Assembly: GCA_027345185.1 (NCBI GenBank)
Contig: DAHWIK010000022.1
Coordinates: 1 to 43,586, forward strand
Direction of reading: 5' to 3'
DNA length: 43,586 nt
Source: Candidatus Micrarchaeota archaeon
GTDB taxonomy: Archaea; Micrarchaeota; Micrarchaeia; Micrarchaeales; CABMGC01
Part shown: one piece after another, positions 36,465 through 43,586 of the stretch
How the letters are laid out: each line of letters begins with the position of its first letter
Position numbering within the stretch: the first letter of the stretch is position 1
Notes under the pieces: model-generated
Told to the model about the DNA's origin: nothing
Databases searched by the model: none
The model's input: only the letters and a program-made list of their open reading frames with translations
Made by a program: the position numbers and the translations under genes

Positions 36465-37352
36465 ATGTTCATTTTGGGAGGTACGGCAAGCAATGGAATA
36501 GACATCCATATAGCTAGGTCACTTGGAGCGGATCTGGGCAAAGTCGAGACAACAAAATTTCCTGATGGTGAGATAAAGGTCAGGGTGCCGGAGATAAATG
36601 ACAACAGGATAGCGATTGTACAATCGACATACTATCCGCAGGAGAAGAATCTCTTCGAGCTCCTGTTGGCTGCATACGCGCTGAAGGAGAAGAATGCGCA
36701 GGTGACTGCAGTAATACCGTATCTGGCATATGCGAGGCAGAACAGGAGCTTCTATCCTGGTGAAGCGACAAGCGTGAACCTAGTACTTGATATGCTAAGA
36801 TGCGCAGGGGTAAGCTCGCTTGTAACTGTGAATCCCCACAGGAGCGGGCCGTTGATGTATTTTGGCGGAAAGATAGGCATAACAAATGCTGAGATCACAT
36901 TGGCTGGCTGGGTAAAGGAACATCTCTCCAGCCCGCTGGTGCTTGCACCTGACAAGGGAAGTCTGGATATGGCCAAGGGCGCGTCATCGGTAATGAAATG
37001 CGACTACACATACATTGAAAAGCACAGAGACACTTATGGCACTGTAAGCATAGAGAAGGCTCATGGAGGAGACTTCAGGGGAAAGGACGTGGTCATATTC
37101 GATGACATAATAAGCACCGGAAGCACCATAGAGCAGGCCACAAGATACGCCTATTCAGAGGGTGCGGCTACAGTCTCAGCAGCCGGAATACACCTGGTCA
37201 TGGCTGGAGGGGCAGTTGAGAAGCTTAAGAATGCAGGGGTGCAAAGGATATTCGGCACAAATACCATACCATGCGAAAAGGCGGAGATAGTGGACGTCTC
37301 TGAGGACATAGCAGAGAGCATACGTAAGCTTTCAAGAGAGATTGGCTCCTGA
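36465..37352 (+). CDS. prs: Ribose-phosphate pyrophosphokinase
   Basis: FPDGE, PYLAYARQ, LAPDKG and DDIISTGST. Confidence 0.96.
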   Translation: MFILGGTASNGIDIHIARSLGADLGKVETTKFPDGEIKVRVPEINDNRIAIVQSTYYPQEKNLFELLLAAYALKEKNAQVTAVIPYLAYARQNRSFYPGEATSVNLVLDMLRCAGVSSLVTVNPHRSGPLMYFGGKIGITNAEITLAGWVKEHLSSPLVLAPDKGSLDMAKGASSVMKCDYTYIEKHRDTYGTVSIEKAHGGDFRGKDVVIFDDIISTGSTIEQATRYAYSEGAATVSAAGIHLVMAGGAVEKLKNAGVQRIFGTNTIPCEKAEIVDVSEDIAESIRKLSREIGS

Positions 37353-37360
37353 GCTGCTAT

Positions 37361-39088
37361 TCACTTCTGCGTGAATATGAACTCTTTCTGCTCTTTTTTA
37401 TCCAGTATGCAATATCCGAAGCGTTCGAACTGGATTATTTCGTGCTCGTTTAGCTTGTTAACGTAGTCTTCGGCATACCCTTTCACTGTCTTGAGGCTGT
37501 CGTGATTGAACTGGCCCTTGTCGTCAACAGGGTTCTCTGGGATGAGTACAGTGCATTCTGTGTAGTTTGCTGCTGGCACCCATTGGATGACCTTGTTCCT
37601 GGAGGATCCTTCGGATTTATACGATGTTATAGCTTCGGATTTCTTAGATGCTATTTTTATGTCCATTAAGTCCTTCAGCCTGATTGTTTCCTCCTCATTC
37701 ATGCTCTGCGCATCATCTTTTGCTATGAAGAATGTGTCACTCACAGAGTATTCCCTGAATCCGAAGTCCTTTGATGGATGCAGCCTGATCTTGACATCTG
37801 CTGGATCTGCGCCCTTTACTGTAACTTTCACCGGATCGCTTACGAAGAAGAGGTGCTTTGATGCTGGATCTATGATCTTCTTGTTCTCGGCAAGGAGCGC
37901 GTCTATGCTTACAATTCCGTCAGTCTTTGTCATGCCTAACTTGAGCACGAAATTTCTTATCGCATCCGGGGTTATGCCCCTCTTGCGCAGCGCTACTATA
38001 GTCACGAGCCTTGGATCGTCGAAACCCTTTATATTTCCCTCCTTTATCAGGGCATTCAACTCCCTTTTGTGAGTGATGTTGTCCTTTATCACCAGTCTCG
38101 AGAATGAATGTATTCTTGGTACGCGGAGGTTGAGTTTTTCAAGTATGATCTTTCCGAGGTCGTCACGAAGTTCAAACTCCTTGCTGCGCAGAACATCGGT
38201 GACTCCGTGGATTGAATCCATTATCGGGGTGTTTAGGTCGTATGTTGGCCATACCCTGTATTTTTTTCCCTGCCTGTAATGGGCTGCATCTTTCACCCTG
38301 AGAAGCGTAGGATCCCTTAGCGCCGTGTTGTCAGCTGACATGTCCCCCTTGAAGCGTATTATTATCTCATTTTCCCCATATCTTCCATTCAGCATCTCGC
38401 CGAACTCCTTTGCGTTTGAACTGGGATCGGCATACCTGTGTTCGCACTCCCTCTTGTTGAACCTGTCCTCCTTTATCTTTTCCGCTGTGCATTTGCATGC
38501 ATAGGCGTCACCGTTCAGCAGCAGGACCCTTGCACAATCATATATCTTGTCCATGTAGTCGCTTGCGTAGTATTCTTCGTCGAATTTTATGCGGAGCCAC
38601 TTAAGTACGTCGTGGAATTTGTCGACGAACTCCTGCTTGTCTTTCTCCGGATTCGTATCGTCGAAATAAAGGAACAGCTTGCCACTGTACTTTTCCGCGA
38701 ATTTGCTTTCCAGGAAGACAGCCTTCGCATGGCCTATGTGCATGTATCCATTTGGAGCCGGAGGATACCTTGTGACAAAGCCTCCTGCAGCAGCTCCCTC
38801 AAGCTCCATATTAGGCTTTGCTGTCTTCTCAAGCTTTATCCTCTGCTCGCTCTCGAATTCGGAGGCGTATTTAGAGTATTCTGATTGCATTGCCCCCTTT
38901 TCTAGGGAATTGACCTCTGCTACTATCTTCGCCACTTCGCGCGCGAGCAATTTTATGTCAGATTTGTGCTCGGGGTAGAGAGATATTACTTTGTTTAGTA
39001 CAGCACCTTCGTGTGCCTTGCCGTAATCTACAGCGTTTTTGAGCGCATACTTCCTTATGGCACCGATTACTTCGCTGTTTATTGACAT
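37361..39088 (-). CDS. gltX: Glutamyl-tRNA synthetase (archaeal type)
   Basis: TRYPPAPNGYMHIGH, FDDTNP, WPTYD, DDPRL and QFERFGY. Confidence 0.95.
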   Translation of the reverse strand: MSINSEVIGAIRKYALKNAVDYGKAHEGAVLNKVISLYPEHKSDIKLLAREVAKIVAEVNSLEKGAMQSEYSKYASEFESEQRIKLEKTAKPNMELEGAAAGGFVTRYPPAPNGYMHIGHAKAVFLESKFAEKYSGKLFLYFDDTNPEKDKQEFVDKFHDVLKWLRIKFDEEYYASDYMDKIYDCARVLLLNGDAYACKCTAEKIKEDRFNKRECEHRYADPSSNAKEFGEMLNGRYGENEIIIRFKGDMSADNTALRDPTLLRVKDAAHYRQGKKYRVWPTYDLNTPIMDSIHGVTDVLRSKEFELRDDLGKIILEKLNLRVPRIHSFSRLVIKDNITHKRELNALIKEGNIKGFDDPRLVTIVALRKRGITPDAIRNFVLKLGMTKTDGIVSIDALLAENKKIIDPASKHLFFVSDPVKVTVKGADPADVKIRLHPSKDFGFREYSVSDTFFIAKDDAQSMNEEETIRLKDLMDIKIASKKSEAITSYKSEGSSRNKVIQWVPAANYTECTVLIPENPVDDKGQFNHDSLKTVKGYAEDYVNKLNEHEIIQFERFGYCILDKKEQKEFIFTQK

Positions 39089-39093
39089 ATGAT

Positions 39094-39702
39094 CTACTTT
39101 ACCACTACGATGTTGATTGGCCCATACACAGTCTCATTTGCGGTGATCAGCGTTGATAGCTTAACCCTAACTGGCTTGCCTACCGTATAATTAATCGGCA
39201 ATAATATTGAGGCATTGCTGTCAACCTTGGGCACCTGCACGCCCACCTTCTGAGTCCCTACCGTCAGGTTGATTATGCCTGGAAGCTTGACAAGGATTGT
39301 TGCCAGCACGGAGGTGCAGTTGTATATTGTCGAATTAAGCTTGCTGCTTACGAATGAGTATACCTGGTATGCACTCATGTTGCCAGGTTCCACTGATATG
39401 TCCCTACCAGAGCTGTAGAAGTTGAATACGGAGTTGTTGTTTTCAAGAACAGTCAGGTTCTCCGAAATCGCGTTGTTTGCAAGGCTCCTTATTGCAGGGC
39501 TCTTGCATGTGAGATTGAAGTAGAGCGAGGATCCGTATCCCACAACCTTTGCCTCTGCAAAACCCTGCGCGAAGTAGGTTGATGGTATTGTCGTGGTTGC
39601 AGACTGCTGTGAATTGTAGTTTGTCAGTGATATGTAGGAGCTTATGAATATCAGGCCTATGAAGAATGCAAGAGCAAGTTGTGCGAGCGCCTTTTTTTCC
39701 AT
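39094..39702 (-). CDS. Membrane-anchored hypothetical protein
   Basis: N-terminal TM (LALAFFIGLIFISSYI), sequon-rich; 5 bp upstream of gltX. Confidence 0.75.
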   Translation of the reverse strand: MEKKALAQLALAFFIGLIFISSYISLTNYNSQQSATTTIPSTYFAQGFAEAKVVGYGSSLYFNLTCKSPAIRSLANNAISENLTVLENNNSVFNFYSSGRDISVEPGNMSAYQVYSFVSSKLNSTIYNCTSVLATILVKLPGIINLTVGTQKVGVQVPKVDSNASILLPINYTVGKPVRVKLSTLITANETVYGPINIVVVK

Positions 39703-39728
39703 GGTAATCACAAGCTTTTTAACGATTA

Positions 39729-41123
39729 GTGACATCCCCCAACGACTGAAGGTCGTTGGCTTCCAATGGTGCTTTTTGATTGGTCATCTTGAAACACCAA
39801 GTGTAGTTCCTGATTCAACGATCCTGCTTGCAGACTCCTTTTGAGGCGCAGAGGCAGAATCTCCGGAGGCGTGACTTCCCCCTTGTCCAGAGGTAGCTCT
39901 TTTGAGTATGTTCTTTGAGGCATTCAAGTCCCTGTCAATATTCAATCCGCATTTTCCGCAGTTGAATGTCCTTTCTGACAAAGGCATTTCCTGAACGTTT
40001 CCGCATTCACTGCACGTCTTCGACGTATTCTGGGGGTTCACTCCCACTGCCACGCAACCAGCACTCTCAGCCTTGTATTGCAGCATTTGGGCGAAATTTC
40101 CCCAAGAGGATTCGCTGATGGACTTCGCAAGATGGCGATTCCTCACCATGTTTGCGATCCTGAGTTCCTCGTATGCAATGAATGAGTATGAATGGACAAG
40201 ATAGTATGAGAGTTTATGCAGATTGTCTTCCCTGATTCGTGAAATATGCTCCGAATATCTGGCGAACCTGAATGCTGACTTCTTTCGATTCTTTGAGCCT
40301 TTTTTCCTCCTTGAAATCGACTTCTGTAATCTACGGAGTGTTTTGCGTTCTTTATTTGAGACGTCCTTATTTTGAAGGACTTTGCCGTCAGAAAGAGCTG
40401 CGTAGTTTGTGATCCCCAAGTCTATTCCAACGGCTTCCTTTCCGTTCGTGAATGGGACTATGTCTTCCTTTTCAACTGAGATTGTGACATACCATTCCCC
40501 TGATTTGGTCTTCTTTACAGAGAGGGTTTTTATTTTCCCTTCAATTTCCCTGTGGTTCACGAAGTTTATCATGCCTACTTTTGATAGGCCAATTCTCTTC
40601 CTCTCTATTTTGAAGCCTGACTGGGGATATGTCAATGACGATACGAAATTCCTGAAACGCGGGAATCCGACTTTTACTTTCTTTCCCCCGCGTTTTTCCT
40701 TTGCCCTCCTGAAAAAGTTTTTGTACGCTTTTGAGAGCCTGTCAGGAACATTCTGCAATACCTGAGAATAGACTCCATTGTATTCTGAATGTTCTTTCTT
40801 GAATTTTGTAACCCATTTAACCATGTCATATTTTGTGAAGGTCTTTCCAGTATCCCTGAAATGCTCCTTTGCCTTTTCGAGGAGATGATTGTAGAGTTCT
40901 TTGCAGAGAAGCATCTGTCGGTTTAGAATAGCCTTTTGCTCCTTTGAAGGATATGCCCTGAATTTATATGTCTTTTTCAAGATGACCATTTTTATTACGC
41001 CGTTAAAATTTATATGTATTTTGTTGTCGCATTCGCTTTCGTCTATAAGAACTCGTCCGTAAAGACGAGTTCTCATACCAACATCCCACCTCTGAAGGAG
41101 GCGGGTTTTCCCGCTATGATTTT
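39729..41123 (-). mobile_element. Non-autonomous IS200/IS605 (tnpB-only) element
   Basis: Right end GAAG-CCAACGAC-CTTCA-GTCGTTGG-GGGATGTCAC; left end AAAA-CCCGCCTC-CTTCA-GAGGTGGG preceded by target TTAT; no tnpA. Confidence 0.85.
39784..40989 (-). CDS. tnpB: RNA-guided endonuclease TnpB
   Basis: YKFRAYP HTH, GFPRF, RuvC GIDLG / YEEL / DRDLNA, zinc finger CSECG...CGKCG. Confidence 0.95.
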   Translation of the reverse strand: MVILKKTYKFRAYPSKEQKAILNRQMLLCKELYNHLLEKAKEHFRDTGKTFTKYDMVKWVTKFKKEHSEYNGVYSQVLQNVPDRLSKAYKNFFRRAKEKRGGKKVKVGFPRFRNFVSSLTYPQSGFKIERKRIGLSKVGMINFVNHREIEGKIKTLSVKKTKSGEWYVTISVEKEDIVPFTNGKEAVGIDLGITNYAALSDGKVLQNKDVSNKERKTLRRLQKSISRRKKGSKNRKKSAFRFARYSEHISRIREDNLHKLSYYLVHSYSFIAYEELRIANMVRNRHLAKSISESSWGNFAQMLQYKAESAGCVAVGVNPQNTSKTCSECGNVQEMPLSERTFNCGKCGLNIDRDLNASKNILKRATSGQGGSHASGDSASAPQKESASRIVESGTTLGVSR

Positions 41124-41158
41124 ATAAATATGCATATAAATTATTATTATGTGATGCC

Positions 41159-41869
41159 ATGAGCTTTAATGATGGAGATTTTGTCAAGGTGGAGTATACT
41201 GCGCGGAGAGCTTCGGACAATTCGCTTGTATTCACGACAGTCGAGAAGGTTGCGAAGGACGAGAATGCCTACAACAGCGAGACAAAGTATGGCCCGCAGC
41301 TGGTAGTAATTGGGAAGCAGAGCGCGCTCAGGGGAGTGGAGAGTGCTGTGAAGGGCATGAATGTTGGAGAGAGCAAGAAAGCCACATTGACACCTGCAGA
41401 CGCCTTTGGTGACAGGAACGAGCAGCTGGTCAACGTCATGAGGATATCAGAATTCAGGGAGAAGGACATAAACCCCTATCCTGGAATGCAGGTGAACATA
41501 GACGGCAGTATTGCCACGGTAAAGAGCGTTAATTCTGGGAGGGTCGTAGTAGACCTGAACCACCCGCTCGCAGGAGAGACCCTTCTGTATGACATAAAGG
41601 TTACAGAGAAGCTTGAGAGCGATTCGGACAAGGTAAAGGCACTTGCGGACCATTATTCTCTGAAGCCTGATTCTGTTGCAGTAACTGCAGGAGTAGCTCG
41701 AGTTGGCTTCGGCGAGAAGGTTGAGAAGAACACAGAGTACCTTGTAAACAAGGCAGCATTCGCTGAAGGGGTGTTGAAGTACCTAGACAGGGTGCAGAAA
41801 GTCGTATTCGAAGAAGAATATGTAAGAAAGGCCGAAAAAGCCGATAAGGAAGCTGTGGAGAAGGCTTAA
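41159..41869 (+). CDS. slyD: FKBP-type peptidyl-prolyl isomerase (long archaeal SlyD type)
   Basis: GDFVKVEYT, PADAFG and GRVVVDLNHPLAG. Confidence 0.93.
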   Translation: MSFNDGDFVKVEYTARRASDNSLVFTTVEKVAKDENAYNSETKYGPQLVVIGKQSALRGVESAVKGMNVGESKKATLTPADAFGDRNEQLVNVMRISEFREKDINPYPGMQVNIDGSIATVKSVNSGRVVVDLNHPLAGETLLYDIKVTEKLESDSDKVKALADHYSLKPDSVAVTAGVARVGFGEKVEKNTEYLVNKAAFAEGVLKYLDRVQKVVFEEEYVRKAEKADKEAVEKA

Positions 41870-42066
41870 TCGTTTATGTTAAGTGCGTAGACACCATTAA
41901 CTTTTATTCCCAGCTTCTTTGCAACGTCTGATTTCTCGACGTTGAGCACCACTACCTGACCAAGCCATTTGGTGGTAAGATTCTGCTGGCCGCAAAGCGG
42001 GCATGTGTTTCCCTGTGCTATTATCAGTTTATCGGTTCTGCACGCGTATTCTGCCATCCATATCAT
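41866..42066 (-). CDS. spt4: Spt4 / RpoE2
   Basis: ACRTDK...CPLCG, W.G.VVV and SDVAKKLGI...G.YAL. Confidence 0.93.
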   Translation of the reverse strand: MIWMAEYACRTDKLIIAQGNTCPLCGQQNLTTKWLGQVVVLNVEKSDVAKKLGIKVNGVYALNIND

Positions 42067-42666
42067 CTATTTCCTTTGCTTCGGCCTTGGTCTTCCTTCG
42101 CCGCGCTTGTACTCTCTCTTTGGCTCCTTTGTCCATTCTGGCTTGCCAAGACCGTCAGGTCTCATTGTAAGCGCTATCTTTGCATCCTTTATGCCTCCCT
42201 TGAGGCTTATCGAAGAGACCTTTGCAAAGACCTTGTCCCCCTTCTTCAGGCTTCTTCCAGTGTTCTTCGATACGAACGCACTTGATTTCTTGTCATAGCT
42301 TATGAAGTCACTTGTTATCTGTGACAGATGCACTAGGCCGTCAAGCGGTCCCAACCTTACGAAGCATCCGAAGTCCGCAAGCTCTGATACCTCTCCGGCA
42401 ACTATTTCGTCTATGTCAAGGTTGAATACGAGGGCGTCGAACTTTGCCTCGTGCCTTGTTGATGGGTCTCCAGGCATTATCATTCCGTCGCTTACGTCCC
42501 TTACGTTGAATACTGCCACGATTATGCCCAGCTCCTTGTCAAGGGTTCTCTCGTACTTCTTCCTCAGAGCCTCTAACGCCGTCTTATTGACATCCTGGCC
42601 GAAGTTTGCAGGCGATATGCTTATCGTGTCCTCTATAGTGTGTATATAGTACAAATTGTGCACCAC
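42067..42666 (-). CDS. rpoE1: RNA polymerase subunit Rpo7 (RpoE1)
   Basis: S1 domain FGCFVRLGPLDGLVHLSQI and KIALTMRPDGLGKPEW; the start may be TTG at 42654. Confidence 0.95.
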   Translation of the reverse strand: MVHNLYYIHTIEDTISISPANFGQDVNKTALEALRKKYERTLDKELGIIVAVFNVRDVSDGMIMPGDPSTRHEAKFDALVFNLDIDEIVAGEVSELADFGCFVRLGPLDGLVHLSQITSDFISYDKKSSAFVSKNTGRSLKKGDKVFAKVSSISLKGGIKDAKIALTMRPDGLGKPEWTKEPKREYKRGEGRPRPKQRK

Positions 42667-42855
42667 TAAGAATATTAGATAAAATTATTATCAAAAGCAA
42701 GATATATTAGCATTTCTGTTTAGCGACACCTGTAGTCCGTTGAAAATGTTTTCCATTCCTCGTCAGACGTATCCTAAAATTCCACAAATATGAAAGACAT
42801 GTAAATTCTGAGATTTATTGCCTACTGAAGCGTGTAACCCCAATAGGCGACAACC

Positions 42856-43302
42856 GTGAATATAATAAAGAAGATAAGGAATAAAATTGGTGAGGTTTGG
42901 GCCGCGGCAAGTTTGATTGCGTGCGGACTGGGACATAAATACGAAAACGGTAGATTGGTGGGCAGACAGATTACAGCAATTTCGATTGAAAACCTTCTTG
43001 GTTGTAGCGACAAAGAATTACCAGATAGACTAGAAGATAATGGACTACTGCAGAATTTAGGATACAAAAAGAAACCAGAATCATCAATTTTCTCTCGTGT
43101 GAGGAAAGATGTAGGTTCCGCCGCAATAATGGAAGTGAATCAATTCATTATTCAACGGCTGTACAGGAACAGGACGGTGCGACTCCTTGCAATTGATAGC
43201 AAGTTCATACAAACAGTCTCAAAGGAGGATTTGCAGGCACTATTTGGATATTTTACCACTCCGAAAAGAGACCAGACAAAAGACATAGAATTGCGCTGGT
43301 AA
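42856..43302 (+). pseudogene. Truncated DDE transposase (IS4/IS5-like)
   Basis: PESSIFSRVR followed by LLAIDSK (first catalytic Asp), then an early stop; AT-rich surroundings. Confidence 0.6.
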
Positions 43303-43369
43303 AATCCTTTTGGCGGATTGATTCAGAGAAGAGGGTTAGAATGAAATATCATTTTGGCGGAGTTAAGAT

Positions 43370-43585
43370 CTAAATATCAGATTTTCCATCTGTGTCTCCG
43401 GAGGGAAGCGTGCGTGAATGAGCTTCGTTTCTGGTATTCCCTGCACCTATCCTCCTTTTGATCTGCTGATTCTTCCTCCTTCTTTTTGTTTCCCTGTACA
43501 GGATGTACAGCAGTATGAGCAGCAACAGCAAAAGCAGAAGTATTGGCCATATGCCGTGAGATACTGCAGCTGAAACTAGCCCGGA
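43370..43585 (-). CDS. C-terminus of a membrane-anchored protein (extends beyond window)
   Basis: Frame reads ...GIWPILLLLLLLLILLYILYRETKRRRK...SDI*, a TM anchor plus basic tail. Confidence 0.7.
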   Translation of the reverse strand, partial: SGLVSAAVSHGIWPILLLLLLLLILLYILYRETKRRRKNQQIKRRIGAGNTRNEAHSRTLPSGDTDGKSDI

Positions 43586-43586
43586 C

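Noticed and set aside
1088-42649. Numerous antisense or nested ORFs (e.g. 1088-1501, 9012-9575, 22646-23362, 35162-35863, 37587-38072)
   Set aside because: They are shadows of well-supported genes on the opposite strand or in another frame.
43306-43368. Repeated ttttggcgga as a defined IS right end
   Set aside because: It looks like an IS end, but no matching left inverted repeat was found near 42720-42855, so element boundaries are not called.
1-43586. CRISPR arrays, tRNA genes, integrases, reverse transcriptase/DGR
   Set aside because: I found no regularly spaced repeats, cloverleaf signatures or corresponding protein motifs by eye.

Overview
Gene-dense archaeal chromosome segment, most likely from an acidophilic DPANN archaeon (Micrarchaeota-like). 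This taxonomy is inferred from the compact archaeal housekeeping genes, a QSALE-type class III signal peptide and a P3A H+-ATPase. Housekeeping genes include rpl11, spt5, rpl1-rpl10-rpl12, rpl15e, priS, pelota, ksgA, gltX, prs, rpoE1/rpoE2, slyD, pth2, idsA, gnd and a stand-alone 5S rRNA. Mobile elements are an IS630, a non-autonomous IS200/IS605 tnpB element with definable ends, and a truncated DDE transposase. Accessory cassettes are an AbiE toxin-antitoxin pair and an AAA+/DUF4143 ATPase flanked by a 207-bp duplication of the pelota 3' end. The most interesting observations are: (1) a six-gene minus-strand cluster (5877-10210) with a VirB2/TrbC-like pilin, a polytopic VirB6/CedA-like protein and a split, minimal VirB4/HerA-like ATPase, resembling a Ced/T4SS-type machine; (2) three accessory proteins, two ankyrin and one unrelated helical protein, sharing a basic C-terminal motif x[GA]xxA[IL][SG]RL[RH][RK]G that could be a translocation signal; (3) a 1211-aa pilin-anchored adhesin built of three repeats with conserved frames and AT-rich variable cores; (4) a putative L1-binding rRNA-mimic leader on rpl1. 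All family calls come from motif recognition by eye; no searches were run.
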